NCBI GenBank assembly: GCA_949292905.1
Contig: CASFAV010000010.1
Location: 69,920-133,919 of the forward strand
DNA: 64,000 nt
DNA from: an uncultured Eubacteriales bacterium
GTDB lineage: Bacteria; Bacillota; Clostridia; Christensenellales; DTU072
Direction of reading: 5' to 3'
The position numbers and the translations under genes were made by a program. Shown here piece after piece: positions 31,791-40,988 of this stretch (positions are counted from its first letter, which is position 1; every line of letters begins with the position of its first letter). The notes below the pieces were generated by a model that was given only the letters and a program-made list of their open reading frames with translations, had not been told where the DNA came from and did no database searches.

Positions 31791-31910
31791 AAATTTAATC
31801 TAAGCTCCTTAATTATTTATTTTTAGTCTCCGTCAAATATCGCATTTCCTATTTACTGAATTAACCGCAACTTTTATAGGCTTACATAGTTATGACTTAT
31901 TGATTTGGCA

Positions 31911-33302
31911 TCAGCCTAAACGCGCGGCGATAGCCTGAGCCGCGGTATTCGTGAGCGAAAGCTCCGGATCGAATGAATCCGTACCGAAATGCCATATCAT
32001 TATCCCGCCAAGCCCCGCGTCTATCGCATACGCCGTCTTATCGTATATCATCTGCCTGCCGTTATAGTAATTGCGGAGTTCGGGATGACTCACGCCGTTA
32101 ATGTCGGTATAGGCTTCGACGTAACTGTTTTCGAAGGGCGAAAGCTTGTCCGCAACGTCGTAATAGTTCCCCCAATAAGGATCGGCGTTCACCGGACGCG
32201 AATAATAAGGCACGCCGAGATTGAATTTTTTGAGATCGAGCCCTTTATCGATAAGTTTATCCACCACTTCGTATGCGGACGTATAGAACGCGGCGTGATT
32301 TCCGCGTTCGTCGAACATGTCGTAAGACATTATCTCTATGCTGTCGAAGTTTGCGAGATCTTTTTTAGTGAGTTTCCCTACGCCGATATTCCATATCGCC
32401 AGCGCCGCAGTCAGCAACTTGCCCGCAGGAAGCGCCGATTTCAGTTCCTTCACGAATTTCTTGTAAATCGTGTAATCTTTCAGCGATTCGGGATATTCGT
32501 AATCGAACGACACGCCGTCCAATCCGTATTCTTCGACAAACGCGATAAGGTTGGCTTTCAGCCTGTCGGAATTGCTCCCCATCGCCGAATTGTGTCTCTC
32601 GGTCACCGTCATTCCGTCGCCGAAATCCTTGTTGCCGAGCACCATGACGACCACCGTGGCGGAAGGATTGAGCGACTTTATTGCGGTAACGGCGGTTTTG
32701 AGCAGTCCGCGAGCGTTTATTTTGCCGCCGTCCGTTTCGAGCTCGTTGAATACGAGATTACCGTCTTTGTCGAAATACACCACGTTGAACAAATTGAAAT
32801 CGGTGACTTTCTTGGCGACCTCCGCTTTTTCGCCCGCGAGCGCCGCCGCTTCGTCTACGCTTATATACGCCATTATCTCGAAATCGTCTGCCGTACCGCT
32901 CACCATATAGGCTTCGGGCTTACGAAGCTTCCATTCTCCGTCCGAGGACAGCACTTCTACCCTTATACTCCTTGCCGTCACCCTTTCGAAAGCGCAATAC
33001 CTCAAACCCTCGATATAATCGTTTCCGTAAAACGCGACGTCGGAGTCGTCCGCGTAAATGCGAAACGAAGTAATGTTTTCCCCTTTTTCTTTCAGCACCA
33101 GAGTATTGAACGTAACCGTTTTGCCGAAATCGTAAACGGCGGACTCGCCGGCGTTTCCCGAATCGCTCAGGAATTTCCCGTCCTCGGCAAGATCCTCGAA
33201 AGCCTCGGTTATCGCTTTGGGAGTCTTGCCCGTACATGCCGAAAGCGCAAATACGCTTGCGACGACGCAGATCAGCATCATTATCGGAAGTATTTTTTTC
33301 AT
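31911..33302 (-). CDS. GH18 (chitinase/endo-beta-N-acetylglucosaminidase-like) lipoprotein
   Basis: Lipobox LSAC after the signal peptide. GLDGVSFDYEYP matches the GH18 DGxDxDxE catalytic region. GAGGAG RBS. Confidence 0.8.
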   Translation of the reverse strand: MKKILPIMMLICVVASVFALSACTGKTPKAITEAFEDLAEDGKFLSDSGNAGESAVYDFGKTVTFNTLVLKEKGENITSFRIYADDSDVAFYGNDYIEGLRYCAFERVTARSIRVEVLSSDGEWKLRKPEAYMVSGTADDFEIMAYISVDEAAALAGEKAEVAKKVTDFNLFNVVYFDKDGNLVFNELETDGGKINARGLLKTAVTAIKSLNPSATVVVMVLGNKDFGDGMTVTERHNSAMGSNSDRLKANLIAFVEEYGLDGVSFDYEYPESLKDYTIYKKFVKELKSALPAGKLLTAALAIWNIGVGKLTKKDLANFDSIEIMSYDMFDERGNHAAFYTSAYEVVDKLIDKGLDLKKFNLGVPYYSRPVNADPYWGNYYDVADKLSPFENSYVEAYTDINGVSHPELRNYYNGRQMIYDKTAYAIDAGLGGIMIWHFGTDSFDPELSLTNTAAQAIAARLG

Positions 33303-33428
33303 TATCCGCTCCTCGGAATAAGCTCGTTATATCCATTATGCAATAAAAACGCAACGAAATCAATCAGTAAATCGAGATATATAGCGAAAGGGACGGGATT
33401 GACTGCCGCGGCGAGGAGTTCTATAATA

Positions 33429-34286
33429 ATGACGGAGAGTGTTATGACGGAAAAGGAAATATACGAGAAACTGGGATTGGAAACGGAGCTTCTTTGCGAA
33501 GCGCTCGAATGGCGGGAAGAGCACCCCGCCGAATGCGCGCGTTATTCGACCGCGCTTATGAACGGAAAGCCGAAAAAACTCCGCAAAGCGAACGCCGTAG
33601 CGAAGCTCGCCGCGGTACTCGCGGCGCTTCCCTCGACCTATGCCGATTACGCTGAACGCGGTATTCCCGACGAAATATTCTTCGACACCTTCCGCGACAT
33701 ATCGGTATGGTGCGAAAACGGCTATAAGCAATACGGCGAAAAAGGGCTTCATAACGTTAAGTGGCTCACCCGTCACCTGACGATGCGGCTTTTCAGGCTC
33801 GGCAGATTGCAGTTCGAGTTTTCACGTTTCGTCGTGATACCCAACGCGGGGCTCGGAAACATTCTCAAATGCCCCTACCGCCTCGGCGAAAAATGTATTG
33901 CCGTTCATATCCCGCAGGGCGAAAAGCTCGACTACGCACGGGTGCTCGACTCCTTCAAACAAGCGGACGAGTTCTTTACTGAATTTTACCCCGAATACCG
34001 CTATCGCGTGTATAATACGGTGACCTGGCTTCTGAATCCCGAATTCACGGAAGTTCTGGGCAGCGACAGCAATATCGCGCGCTTCGGCAAGCTGTTTACT
34101 CTGCTCGGCAGAGCGCCCGACTGCGATATGAACGAAAGAAGGGTATTCGGCTACGAAAAGGACAGAGCGCATTACGCACCCCGCAACGCCCTCCAGCTTT
34201 ATACGCTTAACCGCATCGAAGCGGGACTTCCTCTGTGGTCGTACAACGGATACCGCCCGCGCGAAACAGAAGCAAACCACAAATAG
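33429..34286 (+). CDS. Conserved hypothetical protein (acyltransferase-like family, RLGRLQFE motif)
   Basis: Only the 3' 858 nt of tracked ORF 31989..34286 is credible; the upstream part is antisense to the GH18 gene. GAGGAG lies 10 nt before the ATG. Confidence 0.55.
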   Translation: MTESVMTEKEIYEKLGLETELLCEALEWREEHPAECARYSTALMNGKPKKLRKANAVAKLAAVLAALPSTYADYAERGIPDEIFFDTFRDISVWCENGYKQYGEKGLHNVKWLTRHLTMRLFRLGRLQFEFSRFVVIPNAGLGNILKCPYRLGEKCIAVHIPQGEKLDYARVLDSFKQADEFFTEFYPEYRYRVYNTVTWLLNPEFTEVLGSDSNIARFGKLFTLLGRAPDCDMNERRVFGYEKDRAHYAPRNALQLYTLNRIEAGLPLWSYNGYRPRETEANHK

Positions 34287-34379
34287 TATACTTATTCGGT
34301 AGCTATAGCTACATAAATCGGGACGTTACTGATAACGCAACGCAAACCTCTCACGCGCTACGCGCGCATCGGAGAAGCT

Positions 34380-35345
34380 ATGAAAAAGAAAACTTTACTC
34401 ACGATATCCCTTACCGTCATAGCGGCGCTTCTCATAGTAGGTATAACCGCGGGCGTTCTTCTTACCCGCGGCGAGCGCGGGGGCGACGACGGAAACGGTG
34501 CGAACGTGGATCAATCCGGAAGCGTTGGCGACGTCGGAGACGGTAAGGAAGAAGACGGCGATAACAAAGAGGACGGCAACGTCGTGCCAGAGCCCGTCGA
34601 AAGCGTATTCGCCGTATGGTGGTGGGATAACCGCTTGGACGAGAGCTACCTCGATTTTGCCGTAGCGCAGGGAGTGAACGAGATATACTATTACGCTTCG
34701 TCGTTCCCCGCAAGGATCTCCGACTTTATCCGCTCGGCTTCCGCAAAAGGTATTAAGGTCTACTGGCTCGCCGGCAAATACGAATGGATAGAGGACTACG
34801 CTTCGCTTAAAGAAAAACTGCGTTCGTTCCTTGAATTTCAAACCTCCTCCGAATATAAATTCGAAGGCGTCCACTTCGACATAGAGCCGCACCAGCACCC
34901 CGAATTCGACGCGCGCCGCGCGGAGCTTATTACCGAATTCGTAGGACTCACCTTCGCCATGAAACGCGATTATCCCGATATCCGTTTTGCCTACGACATT
35001 CCCTGTTGGCTCGACGACGAAATAACCTTGAACGGCGTTACGCGCCCCGCATACGAATTCATTATCGACAACGCGGACCGCGTGACTCTGATGAGCTACC
35101 GCGACTCTTGCGAAGGCGTGCTGAAGTTTGCCGAGGACGAAATAAATTACGCCTTTTCGGCAGGTAAAGTTCTCAACCTCGGAGTGGAGACGGGCGAGGA
35201 AGAGGATATCGTCACCTTCTACGAGGAAGGCGCGGAATATATGAACGGACAACTCGACCTTCTCCGCGAAACGATGCCGGCGGGCTTCGGTATTGCGGTA
35301 CACCATATCCGTTCCTGGCGCGAGCTTACGGAAAGAACGGGCTGA
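34380..35345 (+). CDS. Membrane-anchored exported protein of unknown function (possible glycosidase-like TIM barrel)
   Basis: N-terminal TM/signal anchor, a Gly/Asp-rich linker, then a globular domain (FEGVHFDIEPHQ). GGAGAAG RBS. Confidence 0.55.
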   Translation: MKKKTLLTISLTVIAALLIVGITAGVLLTRGERGGDDGNGANVDQSGSVGDVGDGKEEDGDNKEDGNVVPEPVESVFAVWWWDNRLDESYLDFAVAQGVNEIYYYASSFPARISDFIRSASAKGIKVYWLAGKYEWIEDYASLKEKLRSFLEFQTSSEYKFEGVHFDIEPHQHPEFDARRAELITEFVGLTFAMKRDYPDIRFAYDIPCWLDDEITLNGVTRPAYEFIIDNADRVTLMSYRDSCEGVLKFAEDEINYAFSAGKVLNLGVETGEEEDIVTFYEEGAEYMNGQLDLLRETMPAGFGIAVHHIRSWRELTERTG

Positions 35346-35486
35346 AATAACTGCGCCCGAAACGACGCTCCTCCTACGGCACGCCGAGCGTGCCGCTTTT
35401 TTTACCATAAATTGTGCGTTGCGTAAGCGTATAAAAGCCTTTACAATGTATTTCGAGGCAAGCCCCTTATGTAAAAGGAACGGAAA

Positions 35487-36124
35487 ATGAAAACAATGAC
35501 GATAATAACGGCGGTCATCGCGATATTTCTCGCTATAGTCGCGCCGATAGCTTACCTTCAAAGCAACGAAAACGCAGACGCCCCGTTCGACGACGCCGTT
35601 ACGAACGCGGACGGCTGGTACGAGACCGTCTATAAAGAACGCACGGCGTATTATCCGCGAACGACAACTATACCTCTCTTTACTATATGGACAATGGCTC
35701 CGAACGCGCGGAAAGCGTCATCGGGGTAGCCAAAACTCTGCTCGGCTACCCATACGTATGGGGAAGTCAACGCTATCACCGGGGAAACGGCATACTCAAT
35801 ACGAATTTCGTGGCGGGCGAATTCGACTGCTCGGCGCTCACGCAGTACGCCTATTACAAAGGCGCGGGTGTGCTTCTCGACGTCACCACCCGCACGCAGG
35901 TGAAGCAGGGAACGCCTGTCGGGTTCGACGACCTTGAACGCGGCGACCTCATGTTCTTTACCAACTCCTCGCGTTACCGTCTTACCGGCACGGAGCGCGT
36001 GGGGCACGTCGCTATCTACCTGGGCGACAATTACATACTCCACACCGCCTCCGACCACGCGGTCATAGAGCCGATATCCCCCTCCCGCCGCGCCTACTTC
36101 ATCGAAGGAAGGCGTGTGTTGTAA
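35487..36124 (+). pseudogene. NlpC/P60 cell-wall peptidase split by an apparent frameshift
   Basis: 35487..35729 encodes the signal anchor. 35687..36124 in another frame encodes the catalytic domain (FDCSALTQYAY, GHVAIYLG, H-T-A). The second frame is open only from 35636. Confidence 0.5.
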
Positions 36125-36150
36125 ATGTTCTAATTAACTTTATATGTGCG

Positions 36151-36176
36151 AAAAGGAAGCTTCTGGCTTCCTTTTT
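36151..36176. terminator. Bidirectional terminator
   Basis: AAAAGGAAGC-TTCT-GGCTTCCTTTTT between convergent genes. Confidence 0.55.
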
Positions 36177-36191
36177 ATTATATACGGAGAT

Positions 36192-36881
36192 CTATTTATT
36201 CCTTTTCAAACTTCTGAGGTAAGCCTTGCGCTCGTCGGATATGCGGTAGCTCTCGACAGCTTTCCGTATCGATTTGTTGTGTACCCAAGGGTTCACTATA
36301 GCGCGGGTACGGAACAATCCGATCACGTCGTCGTAGTGCTTTACAAGCGCGACCGAGAAATACCAGGCTATCGCCATATTGATATAATAGCTGTCGGTGT
36401 CGTAGCGCGCGAGTAATGCGGGGATATCTTTACGGAAATCGTCGTCGAGATAGTATCCGAGCAGTATTACCACCGCGAATCTCACGGTATATTCCCTTTC
36501 GGACTTGAGCCATTCGAGGCACTTTAAGTAAAACGCGTCGCGGTTCTTTTTCACAGCCTTTAGCCCGCTTGCCGTGCAGTCCGTAACCATCCAGTTATCC
36601 GCTTGCGGCAGGAATTTTTCTATCTCCCCGATAAGCGCCTCCGTCGTGAGCTTCGCATATCCGAGTATCAAGCCGTGTAACAGAGTTTCTTCGAGATAAT
36701 AATGCTTTTCCTCCAAAAATCCGCGATAATCGCCGCTATTCGCTATTTCCTTTGCGAGCTTCCTTAACTCGGACACCTTAACGCCGAGTATTCTTTCCCG
36801 CTCCGTCCCGGGTAAAAGTTTCGCGCTGAAATCTTTTAATTTTTCGCTCGATCTTTCTTTCAACAATGTCGATACGTCCAA
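36192..36881 (-). CDS. DNA alkylation repair (HEAT-repeat, AlkD-like) protein
   Basis: TTG start after AGAGGTGG. Helical-repeat protein resembling the DNA alkylation repair enzyme family (..LPGTERERILGVKVSELRKLAKEI..). Confidence 0.65.
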   Translation of the reverse strand: MDVSTLLKERSSEKLKDFSAKLLPGTERERILGVKVSELRKLAKEIANSGDYRGFLEEKHYYLEETLLHGLILGYAKLTTEALIGEIEKFLPQADNWMVTDCTASGLKAVKKNRDAFYLKCLEWLKSEREYTVRFAVVILLGYYLDDDFRKDIPALLARYDTDSYYINMAIAWYFSVALVKHYDDVIGLFRTRAIVNPWVHNKSIRKAVESYRISDERKAYLRSLKRNK

Positions 36882-37192
36882 AATTCCACCTCTTATATTG
36901 TTGTTGTTACAATGATAGCACGCGTAATTTAAACAAGCAACCGTAAATATTCCTACCTTGCGCGGGGCTCGTAATTGACGTCGAATACACTTGACAAACC
37001 GTCGGTTATGTGATAAATTATTAACAGTGGATTTGCTTTTTGAAATTTTACAAAACTAATAATTCTCAAATATTTATACTTCTTACTTACGAAACGCCTC
37101 ACATTTAATAAGCGTTACGCTTCTCGAAAACATTACTATTCTCAAAACATTACGCTTTTCAAAAAAATAATTTTATAAAGGGGGAAACCGAA

Positions 37193-38389
37193 ATGAAAAA
37201 GACAATTATTTGTTTTATCGTACTTTCCGTAGTTTTGTTATGCTTCACGGCTTGCGAAGGAAACGGCGAAAAAAAGACGGAAATTCACTTGGATTACGGC
37301 GCTCAATCTGGACTAAACAAAGTAGTCACAGTCTCTGCTGCTGAGTTCGCCGCATATAAAAATTCCGTCGTGGACGATTGCGCCGTCATAGACTGGGTGG
37401 ATGCCGAAGGGAACAGCGTTGATTTCTCGGATATCAATGACGGGGATACCGTTTATGCCAAATGGGGAGTCCGAGTCGTATTTATGACGGAAACGGAAGA
37501 AGTGCTCGCCACTCTGTACGGGGTGCCTGGCGAAGCGCTGAACGCTCCCACTTCGATGCTGAAAAAGGGATACAGCTTCGACGGCTGGCTCGAAACGAAT
37601 ACTCTTACCCGCTCCGACGCGCTCGTGTTCCCCGAAAAGAATTCCTCTTATATGCCCATTTTCCGTCTCGTAAATTATTCCATAAAATACAATCTTAACG
37701 GCGGTAAATGTTCGGAACAGTTAAAGACCTCATATAACATTCTCGACGAGATAGCGTTGCCGGTCGCAACTAAAGCCGGCTACGTATTCTGCGGTTGGGT
37801 GACTCCCGCAAACGAAACCGTAACGAGGATATCCGACAGAGCCGAAGACCTGTATCTCACCGCGACGTTTACGCCCACGGAATTCAATGCCTTCCTGCGT
37901 TCCGACACCGCGACAATCACCGACAGCGGCAGAGTGAATCAGAAATACGACTACATAGATCTTAATAAATACGTCAGTCTGTCCGCGCTTGCGGCTAACG
38001 GATATACTTCGGTGGACATCACGGTCACTCTCGACGTAAAAGAGGTGGACGACGGATACCAATACTGCTTCCTGTATGCGGACGGCAACGTGGGTAGCAA
38101 CGCCTACTCCTCATCTTTGGCAGGCTTCTTCGACAGATACATACTGGGGCAGGAAGCTACCCGCGACGATCCTTCTTTCCTTGCGGGCTATCAGTTCGAA
38201 CACGGACCCGGCAAGAAAAACACCTCCTGGGCAACGTACAACCTCAAATTCACCGTGAGTACCGCAGATCTCGTCTCGCTGGGACACGGCAACCTTTACA
38301 TACGTTACGGCGCGAGCGGAAAATTCGACGATAACTGGCAAAACCGCAACGTGAAATTAACGTTCACCGCATATCAGACATTCAATTAA
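37193..38389 (+). CDS. Lipoprotein with Listeria/Bacteroides-type (InlB B-repeat-like) repeats
   Basis: Lipobox FTAC. Repeated G(Y/F)xFxGW motifs (GYSFDGWL, GYVFCGWV). Confidence 0.65.
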   Translation: MKKTIICFIVLSVVLLCFTACEGNGEKKTEIHLDYGAQSGLNKVVTVSAAEFAAYKNSVVDDCAVIDWVDAEGNSVDFSDINDGDTVYAKWGVRVVFMTETEEVLATLYGVPGEALNAPTSMLKKGYSFDGWLETNTLTRSDALVFPEKNSSYMPIFRLVNYSIKYNLNGGKCSEQLKTSYNILDEIALPVATKAGYVFCGWVTPANETVTRISDRAEDLYLTATFTPTEFNAFLRSDTATITDSGRVNQKYDYIDLNKYVSLSALAANGYTSVDITVTLDVKEVDDGYQYCFLYADGNVGSNAYSSSLAGFFDRYILGQEATRDDPSFLAGYQFEHGPGKKNTSWATYNLKFTVSTADLVSLGHGNLYIRYGASGKFDDNWQNRNVKLTFTAYQTFN

Positions 38390-38453
38390 GCGCAAACGAG
38401 CTTAACGCAAAAGATTCGCTCTAAGGGTAGGTAAGATTGCACCCGCCTTGCAA

Positions 38454-38611
38454 ACCGGCGCAATTTCATGCTCGTAAAGTTTGCGCCGTAGAGGGCGCAA
38501 ACTTGCGCACCCCGCTTGCTATCGCAAGAAGGGTTCGCTATCCCTCGCCGCCCTTGTGCGAACTTTGAAAGTCAGATAAAGGAGCAGTCTTTTTAGACTG
38601 CCTTTCTGTTT
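38454..38611. repeat. Structured repeat, copy A (left part + right part, no hairpin insert)
   Basis: Shares ACCGGCGC..GTTTGCGCCGTAGAGGGCGCAAACTTGCGCACCCCGCTTGCTATCGCAAGAAGGG..GCTATCCCTCGCCGCC with copies B and C, and ..CGAACTTTGAAAGTCAGATAAAGGAGCAG..CTGTTT with copy C. Confidence 0.8.
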
Positions 38612-38669
38612 ATAATTTGAACTTATTTCGTTCTTTAACCTCTCATTTCTCAAAATTGATTTTTTTTGC

Positions 38670-38699
38670 TTGACGCTTTACTCTTTTTTTCTGTATAAT
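38670..38699 (+). promoter_or_regulatory. Candidate sigma-70 promoter of the AbrB-ABC cassette
   Basis: TTGACG, 18 nt spacer, TATAAT, ~40 nt upstream of the AbrB-like gene. Confidence 0.5.
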
Positions 38700-38740
38700 A
38701 AGTAAGAATAGTAATACTTGTTATACCAAAGGAGCGTATT

Positions 38741-38968
38741 ATGGAGAATTTCCCCGAAGGTAAGTTTTTGGCAACGGTAAAAATCGGTCCCAAAGGGCAG
38801 ATCGTCATTCCGAAAGAGGTGCGGGATATGTTTTCGCTGAAAACAGGCGACTCGTTGGTTTTGATGGCTGACAAAGGGCAAGGTATTGCCTTGCAACCGT
38901 TTTCTTATATGGAGACGCTTTGGAATGCCGTTAACAATGTTAAAAACGTAGATAAGGATAAAAAATGA
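38741..38968 (+). CDS. AbrB/MazE/SpoVT-family DNA-binding protein
   Basis: KIGPKGQIVIPKEVRDMF..GD.L is the swapped-hairpin SpoVT-AbrB motif. AAAGGAG RBS. Confidence 0.8.
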   Translation: MENFPEGKFLATVKIGPKGQIVIPKEVRDMFSLKTGDSLVLMADKGQGIALQPFSYMETLWNAVNNVKNVDKDKK

Positions 38969-39825
38969 ACGCGCTCGAAGTGAGAGAATTGACGAAAGCC
39001 TATCCCGAATTCACATTGGATAAGGTATGTTTTTGCGTGGAGCAAGGACATATTTCGGGACTCATCGGAAGAAACGGCGCAGGTAAAAGCACGACGATCA
39101 AAGGTATTTTGCGCCTTATCGATGCAGAAGGAAGCGTATCGGTATTCGGAAAGGATTTTATCAAAGAAGAAATGACTGTCAAACAGACGATCGGTTATGT
39201 GGGCGGTGGCTTCCGATATTATCCCATGAATACGCTTGCCGCAATACGAAAGACATACTCGCCATTTTATCCGACTTGGGATCAAAACAAATATGAACGG
39301 TTCCTTGCTCAATTTGAACTTATCGAAAGTAAAAAAGTTAAGGAGCTTTCCGAAGGTATGAAAGTAAAGTTTGCGCTCGCGCTCGCCCTCTCGCACGGTG
39401 CAAAATTGCTCATTATGGACGAGCCTACAAGCGGACTCGACCCTCTTTCCCGCGAGGAGTTTTGCGACATTATTTTACAGCTTGTGCGCGAAGAAGGCGT
39501 ATCGGTTCTTTTCTCTACGCACATAACCTCCGACCTGATGCGGATTGCGGACGATATCGTTTATATCTCGCAAGGGAAAATTCTTGAGGCGTGTCCGTTG
39601 AAAGAATTGCTATGCAAATATAAGTTGGCTCGTTTTTCTTCTCTTGCCGACGCATCCGCCGTCAACGCTATCGGCGTAAAGGCGGTCAAAGAAGGTTACG
39701 AAGGTTTGTTGACCCGTGATATGCAAACATCGGAAAGCATAGCCGTGACAGACGCAACGATAGATAATATCATCGTACATTTGGAAAAAGCAAACGAGGA
39801 AAAGAAAAATGTTAAATTTGATTAA
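38965..39825 (+). CDS. ABC transporter ATP-binding protein
   Basis: Walker A GRNGAGKST, signature LSEGMK, Walker B LLIMDEPTSGLD. ATGA overlap with the upstream gene. Confidence 0.9.
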   Translation: MNALEVRELTKAYPEFTLDKVCFCVEQGHISGLIGRNGAGKSTTIKGILRLIDAEGSVSVFGKDFIKEEMTVKQTIGYVGGGFRYYPMNTLAAIRKTYSPFYPTWDQNKYERFLAQFELIESKKVKELSEGMKVKFALALALSHGAKLLIMDEPTSGLDPLSREEFCDIILQLVREEGVSVLFSTHITSDLMRIADDIVYISQGKILEACPLKELLCKYKLARFSSLADASAVNAIGVKAVKEGYEGLLTRDMQTSESIAVTDATIDNIIVHLEKANEEKKNVKFD

Positions 39826-40465
39826 AAAGGAAATACGTCTTTGTCTGCATCCTACGGCTTTTATTTTTTTATCTTTTGCCGGGTTAGTGTTCGTGCCGAG
39901 TTATCCGTATGAGGTTATTTTCTTTTTTTCGTGTCTTTCCGTATTCTTCGGCTGTATGATGGCAAGAGAAAACGGTGACATTTCCTTTGCATGCACCCTA
40001 CCGGTAAAAAAAGAACATATACCCCTTGCTAAAATGTCGGTGATATTCGGTCTGCAATGTATTATTCTGTTTTTGGTGGGTATCATGGGAGCAATCAAAG
40101 GAGCAATTTTCCCAATAGAACAATATTTTAATTATTCGGGAATATCGGCAAATCTTGTTTTGGTCGGAAACGGAGCGATCCTGCTCGGTATTTTCAATCT
40201 GATATTCTTCCCTCGCTATTTCAAAAATCCCTCTAAAATCGGCGTACCGTTTGTGATCGGTGCTTTTGTGATCTTCTTCTTAATAGGCGTTTTTATCGTT
40301 TTGCGTTGGGTAACTCCGCTCTATTCCACAACCCTGAACGGACTCAATTCCGAAAATACGGGCACCAAATTAGCGGCTCTTGCGATAGGAATTGTCATTT
40401 ATGCCGTTTTATCTGCCGCGAGCTGTAAACTGTCAATGAAGAATTTCCAAAGAGTAGATCTGTAA
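39809..40465 (+). CDS. ABC-2-type permease-like membrane protein
   Basis: Six hydrophobic segments. Overlaps the ATPase gene by 17 nt. Confidence 0.7.
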   Translation: MLNLIKKEIRLCLHPTAFIFLSFAGLVFVPSYPYEVIFFFSCLSVFFGCMMARENGDISFACTLPVKKEHIPLAKMSVIFGLQCIILFLVGIMGAIKGAIFPIEQYFNYSGISANLVLVGNGAILLGIFNLIFFPRYFKNPSKIGVPFVIGAFVIFFLIGVFIVLRWVTPLYSTTLNGLNSENTGTKLAALAIGIVIYAVLSAASCKLSMKNFQRVDL

Positions 40466-40543
40466 GTTATTGTTGCGGCTACCTTAACGGATAGCCGCAC
40501 CCTCGCTTACACTCTCAAAAGCATCTTTTCGCACGCCTCGCGG

Positions 40544-40657
40544 ACCGGCGCGACAAGCACGCTCGTCAGGGTTGCGCCGTAGAGGGCGCAAACTTGCGCA
40601 CCCCGCTTGCTGAAGCAAGAAGGGCGCGCTATCTCTCGCCGCCAATTCAAAAAGAGT
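40544..40657. repeat. Structured repeat, copy B (left part + half of the hairpin insert)
   Basis: Aligns with copy A 38454-38552, then continues AATTCAAAAAGAG as in copy C. Confidence 0.8.
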
Positions 40658-40785
40658 CCGTTATGGGCTCCGATCGGCTTTATGTATTTTATTTGCTTTT
40701 CGCGGAGGGTTCACTCGCCCACATCTGTGCTTGTATGAGCGGTTTCGTTTGTTTAAAAGTGCAGAGATTATATTTTCTTTACGTT

Positions 40786-40988
40786 CAGCTCGTCAGGTTT
40801 GCGCCGTAGAACTGCGCAAACTTGCGCACCCCGCTTGCTATCGCAAGAAACGTGCGCTATCCCTCCGCTTCCGCCAATTCAAAAAGAGCCTGTAACTGGC
40901 TCTTTTTGAATTGGCGGCGAGTTATCGCCTTTGTACGAACTTTGAAAGTCAGATAAAGGAGCAGCCTCTTTGGACTGCTTTTCTGTTT
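40786..40988. repeat. Structured repeat, copy C (left part + 20-bp-stem hairpin + right part)
   Basis: Perfect hairpin CCGCCAATTCAAAAAGAGCC-TGTAACT-GGCTCTTTTTGAATTGGCGG (40871-40917) is inserted between the parts that are contiguous in copy A. Overlaps the recombinase 3' end. Confidence 0.8.

Noticed and set aside
38488-38560. tRNA fragment or tRNA-derived att site inside the structured repeat (GGGTTCGCTATCCC resembles a T-arm; GCCGCCA resembles an acceptor 3' end)
   Set aside because: I could not fold a cloverleaf. There is no D-arm or 7-nt anticodon loop, the putative T-loop is 8 nt, and the stems that do form are different hairpins.
40594-40809. 71-aa + strand ORF between repeat copies B and C
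   Set aside because: It starts inside a repeat copy, has no RBS, and its sequence is explained by repeat/junction DNA.
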